The translations under genes were made by a program, and so were the position numbers. Shown one piece after another: positions 1-13,228 of a stretch of 64,000 nt of DNA. The stretch's first letter is position 1. Each line of letters begins with the position of its first letter. The DNA is from Octopus vulgaris (lineage: Eukaryota), in NCBI GenBank assembly GCA_951406725.2, contig OX597839.1, positions 21,018,001-21,082,000 of the forward strand, written 5' to 3'. Below the pieces are notes generated by a model, which searched no databases, was not told the origin of the DNA, and was given only the letters and a program-made list of their open reading frames with translations.

Positions 1-762
1 TAAGGGCATTAAATTCCTTGGAAAAAGGATCGAATATATACGAAACAAGGACAGAAAAACGGACGATGTTACACGAATATAAATACAAAAAAACACACAA
101 TAATATATACATATATATCTAAAATTAATTAAGGGTAAAAATTGATATTAGTCAATTAAAACCAGTGGTCTAGCATATTAAAAAGAATCCGAAGATTAAA
201 ATATTTATATATACCAATTAAGGACTGAACACGAAAAATGGACAGTCAACATGCTAGATATAGACGTCAAATCGCCATTCTCCACAAAGATTATGTTCTC
301 AAATAAAATAAAATTCAACGCAAACCAAAGCAATAAATAAGACAAATGAAAATATACGAAATGAAATAATCACCTGTGTACCGAATCAGTTTCAGTTATT
401 AATATCCGCAAGGATATCTGTAACTTCGTCAGCACAGTCTGTTATGAACATAATTTGCTGGACTAGATATATATATATATATATAAATGGAACAAAAACG
501 CAATAGAGGGCATAAAAAGGCGGACAAGAGAAACAGCAATTAAAAGGACAGGCAAAAAAAGACTGGTCATTCTTGGCCTTCTTTCATCGTTGCCATTGTG
601 TTAAACTATCGTATGTCCAGATTTGGTCAAATGCGTTTTTTTTTTTCAATACTTATTTGTGTGTGTGTGTGTGTGTGTGTCTCCTCCCATCACGCCACTT
701 GACAAGCGGTATTGGTGTGTTTACGTCTGTGCAGTTTAGCGGTTCGGCAAAAGTCTCCGATA

Positions 763-1178
763 GGCGTAGGAGTGGCTGTGTGGTAAGTGGCTTGCTTACC
801 AACCACGTGCTTCCGGGTTCTGTCCCACTGCGTGGCACCTCGAGCAAGTGTCTTCTACAATAGCCTCAGGCCGACCAAAGCCTTGTGAGTGGATTTGGTA
901 GACGGAAACTGAAAGAAGCCCGTCGTATATATGTATATATATGTGTGTGTGTGTGTGTGTGTATGTTCCTGTGTTTGTCCCCCCCCCCCCCGACATCGCT
1001 TGACAACCGCTGCTGATGTGTTTACGTCCCCGTAACTTAGCGGTACGGCAAAAGAAAACCGATAGAATAAGTACTAGGCTTACAAAGAATAAGTCCTGGG
1101 GTCGATTTGCTCGACTAAAGGCGGTGCTCCAGCATGGCCACAGTCAAATGATTGAAACAAGTAAAGGAGTAAAAGATA
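763..1178 (+). mobile_element. tRNA-derived SINE family A, full length, nested in an older A copy (about 660-762 plus 1179-1282)
   Basis: A-box-like TGGCTGTGTGG, B-box-like GGTTCTGTCCC, CORE-like CCTCGAGCAAGTGTCTT, internal (TA)n/(TG)n and an AGTAAAAG-type tail; about 20 copies or fragments in the window. Confidence 0.85.
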
Positions 1179-1286
1179 GAATAAGCATCAAGCATGACAG
1201 AAAGTGTATCCTGGGATCGATTCATTCTACTAAAAAAAATCTTCTAGACTGTGCCCCAGCATGGCCGCAGTCTAATGACAAACAAA

Positions 1287-1800
1287 TCTATATTTATAAA
1301 ACTGTAGTTGTGTGAGTGTCTGTCCCCTTCGATTTAGATTCCTAACTACTCCCACATTTTGCGGTGCAGTTTAACCAAATTCGGGTATCTTATAGTCGTG
1401 ATTCATATCGAGCCCGTCTGGGTATTAGCGCGCGCCTACGATGAGTCTACGATTTTAAAAATAATTTAACATCATTTTTTTATTCCATTTTAATGCATAA
1501 ATTTTCGTGTGTCGATGGCGGCGGAGTTGGCGTCCATGGTCACACCTGCACCTGTTTGCTTCTCCCCCTTCTTCCCTCCCTCGTGAAGCTGTGGGGAAGG
1601 GAGTGTAAGGAAATCAACGTCGTAATGCGTTGTCAAGGAGACCAGAGTTCTTTTAGAACAACGACTTCATGGTTTGAAGACACCAAAACAGAAATGGCTA
1701 AGAAAGCCCGAATTGGCATCTATAAGGGAAGTAACTCTCTAAAAATGATTATATAGTTATTTCCCTTACAAACCCGAGCAACGCCGGGCGATACTGCTAG
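1287..1800 (+). mobile_element. Non-autonomous Helitron
   Basis: Starts TC(TATATTTATAAAA) after host A, ends CTAG before host T, GC-rich subterminal hairpin CCCGAGCAACGCCGGG at 1773-1788, no TSD. Confidence 0.8.
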
Positions 1801-2207
1801 TAAATGATAAAGATATACATGCGAAGAAATAGACGGACAAGTACCAATAGGGTATATAATCATTCGTCTTTTCCAACGGAGGGTAATTAAATTATCTACT
1901 CCTAAATACACTAGCTCTGTAAAAAAAAAAAAAAAAAAAAACTGGAGCGTCACAAATGGAACGCCTATCTTCAAATAAGTGTTTCCGATTAACAAACATC
2001 TAAATAAATATACCAGATTTCAATCTATTTACAAGGGAAATAACTCACCAGATAATCATATAAGAATTATTTCCCCTGAAAATTTTTTTTTTTTGGTCCT
2101 TGCTACTTGTTTCTAGGTATGATTGCAGTCAATACTAGAAAACCTATTTCTTTAATACCCACAAGGGGCTAAACACAGAGGGGAATAAGCAAGGACAGAC
2201 AAACGTA

Positions 2208-2490
2208 GTCTTTTGACTGCGGCCATGCTGGAGCACCGCCTTTAGTCGAGCAAATCGACCACAGGACTTATTCGTTGTAAGCCTAGTACTTATTCTAATC
2301 GGTCTCTTTTGCCGAACCGCTAACTGATGGGGACGTAAACACACCAGCATCGGTTGTCAAGCGATGTTGGGGGGATAAACACAGACACACAAACACAAAC
2401 ACACACATATATATATATACATATATACGACAGGCTTCTTTCAGTTTCCGTGCTATAGTAGAAGACACTTGCCCAAGGTGCCACGCAGTG
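2208..2490 (-). mobile_element. SINE family A, internally deleted
   Basis: Reverse complement of family A body and tail. Confidence 0.75.
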
Positions 2491-2517
2491 CATATAATAA
2501 TTTTTCTTCAAATCTTC

Positions 2518-2930
2518 AGGCATAGGAGTGGCTGTGTGGTAAGTAGCTTGTTTACCAACCACATGGTTGCGTGTTCAGTCCCACTGTGTGGCACCTTGAG
2601 CAAGTGTCTTCTACTATAGGCTCGGGCTGACCAAAGCCTTGTGAGTGGATTTGGTAGATGAAAACTGAAAGAAGCCTGTCGTATATATGTATATATATAT
2701 ATATATGCGTGTGTGTGTTTGTGTATCTGTGTTTGTCCCACTAGCATTGCTTGACAACCGATGCTGGTGTGTTTATGTCCCTGTTACTTAGCGGTTCGGC
2801 AAAAGAGACCGATAGAATAAGTACTGGGCTTACAAAAGAATAAGTCCCGGGGTCGAGTTCCTCGATTAAAGGCAGTGCTCCAGCATGGCCGCAGTCAAAC
2901 GACTGAAACAAGTAAAAAGAGAAAAAAGAG
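2518..2930 (+). mobile_element. SINE family A, full length
   Basis: Collinear with 763-1178. Confidence 0.85.
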
Positions 2931-4121
2931 AATTATTTTCCTTTTGATGCCATTTCAATCGCAACGAAGAAGATTTTTTACCACGGTTACCACGGTTACA
3001 CAAATCAGAATTCCTGCAGATGCAATATCAACGACCAGTGCAAAAATTAATATTTCGTTCATATCTTTGAAAATGTTTTATTATTTTGTGTTCCAAATTC
3101 CTTGCATGAAGAATATATTTTATTCAACAAGGCGGCGAACTGGCAGAAACGTTAGCACGCCCTACGCACGTTGTTTCCCCCAGCATCGCTTGACAACCGA
3201 AGGTGGTATGTTTACGTCCCCGTAACTTAGCGGTTCATACTAAGCTTACAAAGAATAAGTCCAGGGGGGCGATTTGATTCAACTAAATTTGATTCAACTA
3301 TTTGTGTGTGTGTGTGTTTGTGTGTGTGTCTGTGTTTGTCCCCCTAGCATTGCTTGGCAACCGATGCTGGTGTGTTTACGTCCCCGTAACTTAGCGGTTC
3401 GGCAAAAGAGACCGATAGGATAAGTACTAGGCTTACAAAGAATAAGTCCTGGGGTCGATTTGATTCAACTAAAGGTGGTGCTCCAGCATGGCCGCAGTCA
3501 AATGACTGAAACAAGTAAAAGAGAGTATATTCAATAATTGGTGTGATCACCCTTGCCTTCATTGACTGCATTAAGTCGTCTGGATAATAATGTTTTGGTG
3601 TAACCCTAAATACAAGAGGTCTAAATATCAGTGGGGATGGTCACGGCTGAGTATCAGTATATGCATAAATATGGACTTCAAATTCCACACACACACACAC
3701 ACACACTCACACACACACACAGTACACACTTAGCGATTATATCTTTCAGTAATTGAGCTACTGCCACGCTGGGGCAACACCTTAAAGGGTTTAGTTGAAT
3801 AAATCAACACCAGGATTTTATTTTGATTTGTTTTTTGTTTGTTTTTTTTAAAGCCTGGTACTTATTTTATTTAGTTTAACCGATGTGGTCGGTCCGGATG
3901 GAGAGGCGGTATAACGATGTTTCGGAAAGCTTTGGATTCTGAAGAAGGGCAATCTTCATGAACTCAGACGGTATTAGACGTGCGCAGCATTGGGGACGGT
4001 GCCTTCAGACAAGGAACCGTCACAAGATGTCAAAGACCTTTTTGTGTATCTCTGACCTTTCAGCGATTCTCTACTTCACTATACACAAAAACATACATAC
4101 ATTCATACAGATATACATACG

Positions 4122-4183
<62 letters not shown>

Positions 4184-4359
4184 TGTATGTATGTATGTAT
4201 ATATATACTTGCACACATTCAAATGTACATATTTACATATACATATGTATATGCACAGACAGAGATGCGCGCACACACATATATAATGTGTATGTAAATA
4301 TATATATATATACATACATATATATATATATGTATGTATGTATATAATGTATATGTGTG

Positions 4360-4582
4360 TGTGGCCATTTGCCAGACTTGTCTGGCACCTGTGCCGGTGG
4401 CACGTAAAAAGCACCCACTACACTCATGGAGTGGTTGGCGTTAGGAAGGGCATCCAGCCGTAGAAACATTGCCAGATCAAACTGGGCCTGGTGCAGCCTT
4501 CTGGCTTCCCAGACCCCAGTTGAATCGTCCAACCCATGCTAGCATGGAAAGCGGACGCTAAACGATGATGATGATGATGATG
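4360..4582 (+). mobile_element. Family C repeat (RTE-LINE-type 3' tail)
   Basis: GTTGGCGTTAGGAAGGGCATCCAGC...GGACGCTAAAC(GAT)n; this end resembles RTE-clade 3' UTRs; about 10 copies in the window. Confidence 0.7.
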
Positions 4583-4778
4583 ATATATATATATATATAC
4601 ACATGTGTGTATATATTTATATATATACATTATATAAATATATATATGTATGTATATACATTATACAAATATATATTTATTTATACACTATATATATATA
4701 TGATATATATATATACGTTTAACAGTGGATGACATCCGTATATAAATGCATATATACGTATGTCTATATGTGTCTACA

Positions 4779-4890
<112 letters not shown>

Positions 4891-5256
4891 ACCAAATGTC
4901 AGAACTCAAAAATTCAAAGCAGACTGTCCACCACCACCAAAAGTTTTATGCCCAAGCATGGCCACAGTCCTTGGACTGAAACTTTGAACAGAATATAAAA
5001 ATATAAAGAAATAAACAAAATCCTCAAAAATATATTTAGAAAAGAGGAATGAAGTTGGTTGAAAGTAAAATGTGTTGAAATTGAGAATCTCCCTTCAAAT
5101 AAACGGAACAAAATGTGTTTTTAAAAATATTAAAGAAAGGACAGATAAGGAGAGAGAAATGTCCAATGGGGAGGGGGCGTTGACAGAAAAAGAAAACTGC
5201 TTCTTGAAGGAAAGGAAATCATGAAATGATGGCCAGAATACATATGTGACCTGTCT

Positions 5257-5825
5257 GAGGATCCGAAAAACCTTCATCATGAAGATCCGAAAAGCCCTCA
5301 TTATGAAGATCTGAAGAACCCTCATTATGAAGATCTGAAAAGCCCTCAAGAAGAAGATCTGAAAAGCTCTCATCATGAAGATTCAAAAAGCTCTCATCAT
5401 GAAGATCCAAAAAGCCCTCATCATGAAGATTCGAAAAGCTGTCCTCATGAAAAGTCCTTATCATGAAAATCCGAAAAGCCCTCGTCATGATGATCTGAAA
5501 AGCCCTCATCAAGAAGATCTGAAAAACCCAAATCATGAAGAACGGAAAAGCTCTCATCATGAAGATCCAAAAAGCCCTCATCGGGATGATTCAAAAATCC
5601 CTCATCATGAAGATCCGAAAAGCCATCATCATGATGATCCGAAAATCCCTCGTCATGAAAATCTGAAAAGCCCCCATCGTGAAGATCTGAAAAGCCCTCA
5701 TCACAAAGATCCAAAAAGCCTTCATCATAAAGATCCGAAAATCCCTTGTCATGAAGATTCGAAAAGCCCTCATCATGATGATCTGAAAAGCCTTCATCAT
5801 GAAGATCCAAAAAACCCTCACCATC
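5257..5825. repeat. 24-bp minisatellite (CATCATGAAGATCCGAAAAGCCCT), about 23 copies
   Basis: Direct periodicity with one phase break near 5440-5455. Confidence 0.9.
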
Positions 5826-5914
5826 CAATCTTAGTGAAGGTGCATGACCAATTCAAAGATTCAGCCTCGTCTCACATCTCTCCCACACTGATTTTACTTA
5901 ACGATTACGTGAAG

Positions 5915-6257
5915 GTGAGTGTCTTAGTGAGTTCGATTCCCGGTGACGTGTTGTGTCCTTGAGCAAGACACTTTATTTCACATTGCTCCAATTCACTCAG
6001 CTGGCAAAAATCAGTTATACCTGTAATTCAAAGGGGGCCAGCCTTGTCAGACTCTGTGTCACGCTGAATCCTCCCGGAGAAATACATTAAGGCGTAGGAG
6101 TGGCTGAGTGGTAAGTAGCTTGCTTACCAACCACATGCTTCTCGGTTCAGTCCCACTGCATGGCAGCTTGGGGAGAAGTGTCTTCTACTATAGCCTCGGG
6201 CCGACCAAAGGCTTCTGAGTGGATTTGGTAGACAGAAACTGAAAGAAGCCCATCGTA

Positions 6258-6304
<47 letters not shown>

Positions 6305-7231
6305 GTGTGTACATTGTCTGTGTTTGTCCCTCCAACATCGCTTGACAACTGATACTGATGCGTTTACGTTCCCGTAACTTAGCGGTTCAGCAAAAGAGCC
6401 TGATAGAATAAGTACTAGGCTTACAAAGACTAAGTCCTGGGGTCGATTTGCGCGACTAAAGGCGGTGCTCCCAGCATGGCCGCAGTCTGCCGTTACGTTC
6501 TGAGTTCAAATTCTGCCGAGGTCGACTTTGCTTTTCATCCTTTCGGGGTCGATTAAATAAGTACCAGTTACGCACTGGGGTTGATATAATCAACATCCGT
6601 TGTCAAGTGATGGTGATGGGGACAAACACAGACATGATTTGCCGTACCAGTTACGCACTGGGATCGATGTAATCGATTTAATCCGTTTGTCTGTCCTTGT
6701 TTGTCCCCTTTATGTTTAGCCCCTTGTGGGTAATAAAGAAATAGGTATTTTGTCTGCCACTACGTTCTGAGTTCAAATTCCGCCGAGGTCGACTTTGCCT
6801 TTCATCCTTTCGGAGTCGATAAATTAAGTACCAGTCATGCACTGGGGTCGATGTAATCGACTTACTACCTATGTCTGTCCTTGTTTGTCCCCTCTATGTT
6901 CAGCCCCTTGTGGGTAATAAAGAAATAGGTATTTCGTCTGCCGTTATGTTGTGAGTTCAACTTCCGTCGAGGTCGACTTTGCCTTTCATCCTTCCAGGGT
7001 CGATTAAATAAGTACCAGTTCCGCACTGAGGTTGATATAATCAACTTAATCCATTTGTCTGTCCTTGTTTGTCCTCTCTGTGTTTAGCCCCTTGTGGGTA
7101 GTAAAGAAATAGGTATGGGTACGTGTATCTGTGGTGTACTCAACCACTCGCACGTTAATCCCACGAGCAGACTGTCCCATTGATCGGATCAACTGGAACA
7201 CTCGTCCCCGTCGTAACCGACGGAATGCCAT
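5915..7231 (+). mobile_element. Nested SINE cluster: family F (5915-6092 and probably 7116-7231) interrupted by family A (6091-6487) and a family B tandem array (6487-7112)
   Basis: F has B-box GAGTTCGATTCC and CCTTGAGCAAGACACTT; A and B match other copies in the window; assignment of 7116-7231 to F is from recall. Confidence 0.7.
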
Positions 7232-7395
7232 TACACGTTGACATCACACGCATGTGAGGGATACTCAACCACTTGGCTGCTAATTCACTAAACAGCATTT
7301 CAGTAGCTCGCATAACAGAACAATCATCGCGGAAGCTGACGGAGATCCATTTACGTCAATGAGCCTCTCGAGACCTATTTACCACAAAAGCATAG

Positions 7396-7398
<3 letters not shown>

Positions 7399-7431
<33 letters not shown>

Positions 7432-7490
7432 TGATAATAATAATAATGATAATAACAATAATAATAATAATAATAGTAATAATAATGATG

Positions 7491-7566
<76 letters not shown>

Positions 7567-7670
7567 TGATAATAATAATAATAATAACAATGATAATAAT
7601 AATGATAATAATAGTTATAATAATAATAATAATAACAACAATAATAATAGTAATATTCTTATTATTATAA
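7399..7670. repeat. (AAT)n microsatellite
   Basis: Direct reading. Confidence 0.95.
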
Positions 7671-7869
7671 TGGTAAATTATATTATCAATAATATTATAA
7701 ATAATAATGATATTCTTGTTTGGTTCCACTCAACATTCAGTATTTTTAGAAGTTACTAAGCATTTATTTTAAACGGTGACATTTATAAGTTAAGAATTAT
7801 ATTTTGATAGATAAACAGGAAGACAGGCCAACAGACTGATGAAGTGGTCTATATATATATTATATATAT

Positions 7870-8334
7870 ACTCTCTTACTCTTTTTACTCTTTTACTTGT
7901 TTCAGTCATTTGACTGCGGCCATGCTGGAGCAACACCTTTAGTCGAGCAAATCGACCCCGGGACTTATTATTCTTTGTAAGCCCAGTACTTATTCTATCA
8001 GTCTCTTTTGCCGAACCGCGAAGTTACAGGGACATAAACACACCAGCATCGGTTGTCAAGCAATGCTAGGGGGGACAAACACAGACACACAAACACACAC
8101 ACACGCACATATATATATATACATATATACGACAGCTTTACTCTTTTACTTGTTTCAGTCAGTTTGACTGCAGCCATGCTGGAGCACCGCCTTTAGTCGA
8201 GCAAATCGACCCCAGGACTTATTCTTTGTAAGCCTAGTACTTATTCTATCGGACTCTTTTGCCGAACCACTAAGTTACGGAGACGTAAACACACCAGCAT
8301 CGGTTGTTAAGCAATGTTGGGGGAGCACACACAA

Positions 8335-8386
<52 letters not shown>

Positions 8387-8570
8387 TCATCATCGTTTAA
8401 CGTCCGACGAGCTTCTTTCAGTTGCCTTCTACCAAATCCACTCACAAGGCTTTGGTCGGCCCGAGGCTATAGTAGAAGACACTTGCCCAAGGTGCCACAC
8501 AGTGGGACTGAACCTTGAACCATGTGATTGGTAAGCAAGCTACTTACCACACAACCACTCCTGTGCCTTA
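7870..8570 (-). mobile_element. Two family A SINEs (partial 7870-8135, near full 8137-8570)
   Basis: Reverse complement of family A. Confidence 0.8.
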
Positions 8571-8902
8571 GTCATAAAAATAAAAATGATAATAATAATA
8601 ATAATAATCCTACGCAACCGTTGAGCCTGGAAGCACATTCATTCATCCATCGATGCTCTCGGTGTCGGGGGTTGACCTGCTTTCTCTTCTGCGGGTCTTA
8701 CGTATAGCAAAGGACCACGTTTCGGACTTCTCCCACTACTGGGATGAAGATCACTTCGCTCAACTAACAAACAGCAACAACAACAACACACACACCTGAC
8801 AGTAGCAATAACAGAAGCATCATCACCAGCAGCAGTAACAGTATCATCAACACAGGAAAGTAAACCTTCTACATGCTAGAAATAACAGCCAAAAGTTTCA
8901 TA

Positions 8903-9104
8903 GGCGCAGGAGTGGCTGTGTGGTAAGTAGCTAGGCGCAGGAGTGGCTGTGTGGTAAGTAGCTTGCTAACCAACCACATGGTTCCGGGTTCAGTCCCACT
9001 GCATGGCACCTTGGGCAAGTGTCTTCTGCTATAGCCCCGGGCCGACCAACACCTTGTGAGTGGATTTGGTAGACGGAAACTGAAAGAAGCCTGTCGTATA
9101 TATG

Positions 9105-9136
<32 letters not shown>

Positions 9137-9307
9137 CATATGTTTGTGTGTCTGTGTTTGTCTCCCTAGCATTGCTTGACAACCGATGCTGGTGTGTTTA
9201 CGTCCCCGTTACTTAGCGGTTTGGCAAAAGAGTTGCTCGATTAAAGGCGGTGCTCCAGCATGGCCGCAGTCAAATGACTGAAACAAGTAAAAGGGAGTAA
9301 AAGAGTA
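8903..9307 (+). mobile_element. SINE family A with duplicated 31-bp 5' end
   Basis: TAGGCGCAGGAGTGGCTGTGTGGTAAGTAGC occurs twice in tandem, then the A body. Confidence 0.85.
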
Positions 9308-9554
9308 TATAATCCAACCCAACAAAAGAAATATTTAATGGAAAGCATAGCATGTGCGGGGATATTAAATGGCAGGATGGTCATTGTTGGAATGCTTTTG
9401 ATCTAGTCAACCAGAGCAGACCGAGGGTTATACAACAGCAACAGCTCATTGAGAACAATATTTGATAACATACGACAACATGTGTTCTGTGTGAATACAA
9501 GCGTGTGTTTACAATGAGGTATATGTATGTCACTGGATATACAGATATATAGGT

Positions 9555-9574
9555 ATCTGCCTGTCTGTCTATCG

Positions 9575-9656
<82 letters not shown>

Positions 9657-9935
9657 CTCTATCTATATATCTATCTATCTACCTATCTATCTACTTATCT
9701 ATCTGTCTATTTATCTATCTATCTATCTACCTACCTATCTATCTATCTACTTATCTATCTGTCTGTCTGTCTGTCTATCACTCTCTCTCTCTATCTATCT
9801 ATCTACTTATCTATCTATCTATCTATCTACCTACCTATCTACTTATCTATCTATCTACTTATCTATCTGCCTATCTATCTATCTACTTATCTATCTGTCT
9901 ATCTATCTGTCTGTCTGTCTGTCTGTCTATCTCTA
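9555..9935. repeat. (TCTA)n/(TCTG)n compound microsatellite
   Basis: Direct reading. Confidence 0.9.
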
Positions 9936-10289
9936 CCCCGCCCACACACACATAACATACACATATAAAATATATATATATATACTTATATATATAAATG
10001 CATATATATATATATATATAAATAAACAACAATATATATATAGAGATAGATTGAAAGATACATACATACATAGACAGATAGAGACAGATAGACAGAAAGA
10101 TAGACAAATAGACAGATAGACAGATATACATGTTGCGTGTGTGTGTCTGTTTGTGTGCACATGTGCATATGCGTATATGCTGATGCATGTGAATGTGACT
10201 GCATACATATACACACGCAGGTAATGTACCTTTGTTTTGCGTGCATACCTGTCTGTATCAGCAAGTGTGTGCGTCTGGCTGTATGCATA

Positions 10290-10517
10290 CGTGTGTGTGT
10301 GTGTGTATGTGACTGCGTGTGTGTGTGTGTGTGTGTGTGTGTGCACATGTGTGTATGTGTGTATGTGACTGCGTGTGTGTGTGTGTGTGCGCATGTGTGT
10401 ATGTGTGTATGTGACTCTGCATGTGTGTGTGTGTGTGTGCGCGCATGTGTGTATGTGTGTATGTGACTGCGTGTGTGTGTGTGTGTGCGCATGTGTGTAT
10501 GTGTGTATGTGACTCTG

Positions 10518-10550
<33 letters not shown>

Positions 10551-10653
10551 CTACGTGTGTGTGTGTGTGCGCATGTGTTTATGTGACTGCGTGTGTGTGT
10601 GTGTATGTGACTCTGCATGTGTGTGTGTGCATGTGTGTATGTGTGTATGTGAC

Positions 10654-10688
<35 letters not shown>

Positions 10689-11358
10689 CTGCGTGTGTGT
10701 GTGTGTGTGTGTGCATGTGTGTATGTGACTCTGCATGTGTGTGTGTGTGTGTGTGCGCATGTGTGTATGTGACTACGTGTGTGTGTGTGTGTGTGTGCGC
10801 ATGTGTTTATGTGACTGCGTGTGTGTGTGTGTGCATGTGTGTATGTGACCGTGTGTGTGTGTGTGTGTATGTGACTCTGCATGTGTGTGTGTGTGTGTGT
10901 GCGCATGTGTGTATGTGACTGCGTGTGTGTGTGTGTGTGCGCGCATGTGTGTATGTGACTGCGTGTGTGTGTGTGTGTGTGTGACTCTGCATGTGTGTGT
11001 GTGTGTGTGCGCATGTGTGTATGTGACTGCGTGTGTGTGTGTGTGTGTGACTCTGCATGTGTGTGTGTGTGTGCGCGTGTGTGTATGTGACTGCGTGTGT
11101 GTGTGTGTATGTGACCTGCATGTGTGTGTGTGTGTGTGTGCGCATGTGTGTATGTGACTGCGTGTGTGTGTGTGTGTATGTGACTCTGCATGTGTGTGTG
11201 TGTGCGCATGTGTGTATGTGACTGCGTGTGTGTGTATGTGACTCTGCATGTGTGTGTGTGTGTGTGTGCGCATGTGACTGCGTGTGTGTGTGTGTATGTG
11301 ACTCTGCATGTGTGTGTGTGTGTGCGCGTGTGTGTATGTGACTGCGTGTGTGTGTGTG
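10290..11358. repeat. Compound (TG)n minisatellite punctuated by GACTGC, GACTCTGCA and GCGCAT
   Basis: Repeated cassettes with variable TG runs. Confidence 0.9.
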
Positions 11359-11667
11359 AAAGCATGGTCTCCCAATATCGCCAAGAACCGTTTGACGTCA
11401 CCACGAGATGACAGATGGCACTGGCTGTGCAGCTGCTGATGTCGCTGCTGTCATTTTCAGTGTTGACGCTGCACCTGTTGCTGCTGCTATTGTCTCTCTG
11501 CAGCAGCAGCAACAGCAGCAGCAGCAGAAGTAACACCAGCAGCGATAGTAGCAGTAGTAACTGTAGCAAAAATGCGAGCTATATAAACAGGAGCAGCAGC
11601 GGCAGCAGCAGTAGCAGCAGCAACAATAACAATAGCAATAATGATGATGATGATGATGATGATGATG

Positions 11668-12551
11668 GTCCTTTCTACTATAAGCGCACAAGGCCTGAAA
11701 TTTTGTGGGAGGGGGCCAGTTGATTACATCGACCAGACTGTTTCACTGGTACTTAATTTATTGACCCCGAAAGGATGAAAGGCAAAGTCGACCCCATCAG
11801 CATTTGAATAATAATAATAAATTTCTTTACTACCCACAAGGGGCTTAAACACAAAGGGGACAAACAAGGACAGACAAATGGATTAAGTCGATTATATCGA
11901 CCCCAGTGTGTAACTGGTACTTATTTAATCGACCCTGAAAGGATGAAAGGCAAAGTCGACCCCATCGGCATTTGAATAATAATAATAAATTTCTTTACTA
12001 CCCACAAGGGGCTTAAACACAAAGGGGACAAACAAGGACAGACAAACGGATTAAGTCGATTATATCGACCCCAGTGTGTAACTGGTACTTATTTAATCGA
12101 CCCTGAAAGGATGAAAGGCAAAGTCGACCCCATCGGCATTTGAATAATAATAATAAATTTCTTTACTACCCACAAGGGGCTTAAACACAAAGGGGACAAA
12201 CAAGGACAGACAAACGGATTAAGTCGATTATATCGACCCCAGTGCGTAACTGGTACTTATTTAATCGACCCTGAAAGGATGAAAGGCAAAGTCGTCCTCC
12301 GTGGAATTTGAACTCAGAACGTAGCGGCAGACGAAATACCTAATTTCTTTACTACCCACAAGGGGCCTAAACACAGAGAGGACAATCAAGGACAGACAAA
12401 GGGATTAAGTCGATTACTTAATTTATCGACCCCGAAAGGATGAAAGGTAAAGTCGACCTCGGCGGAATTTGAACACAGAACGTAGCGGCAGACGAAATAC
12501 TGCTAAGCATTTCGGCCGGCGTGCTAACAATTCTGCCAGCTCGCCGCCTTG
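11668..12551 (-). mobile_element. SINE family B cluster including a 168-bp unit repeated three times
   Basis: CATTTGAATAATAATAATAAATTTCTTTAC at 11801, 11969 and 12137; B head (GGCGGCGAGCTGGCAGAA) at about 12550 on minus. Confidence 0.85.
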
Positions 12552-12570
12552 AATAATAATAATAAAAATA

Positions 12571-12602
<32 letters not shown>

Positions 12603-12804
12603 AGTAATCCTTTCTGTTATAGGCAGAAGCCCTGAAATTTTTGGGGGGTGGGGAGCTACTTGATTACATTAAACCCCAGTACTTAACTGGTACTTATTTT
12701 ATTGACCCTAATATGATAAAAGGCAAAGAGGACCTTGGTGGAATTTGAACTCGGAACTAAGCATTTGGCCCATTGTGCCAACGACTCTGCCAGGTTATCA
12801 CCTT

Positions 12805-13014
12805 ACTCTTTACTCTTTTACTCTTTTACTTGTTCCAGTCAGTTTGACTGTGGCCATGATGGAGCACCACCTTTAGTCAAGCAAATCGACCCCAGGACTT
12901 ACTCTTTGTAAGCCTAGTATTTATTGTATCGGTCTCTTTTGCCGAACCACTAAGTGACAGGGATATAAACACACCAGCATCGGTTGTCAAGCAATGTTGG
13001 GGGAACACACACAA

Positions 13015-13064
<50 letters not shown>

Positions 13065-13228
13065 GACAAGCTTCTTTCAGTTTCTGTCTACCAAATCCAC
13101 TCACAAAGCTTTGGCTGGCCTGAGGCTATAGTAGAAGACACTTGCCCAAGGTGCCATGCAGTGGGACTGAACCTGGAACCATGTGGTTGGTAAGCAAGCG
13201 ACTTACCACAACAGCCACTCCTACGCCT
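12805..13228 (-). mobile_element. SINE family A, full length
   Basis: Reverse complement of family A. Confidence 0.85.

Noticed and set aside
3875-4080. GC-balanced unique island as an exon
   Set aside because: The frames I translated are interrupted by stops and I found no coherent splice pair
9986-11569. 527-aa His/Thr-rich ORF
   Set aside because: Translation of a (CA)n compound repeat
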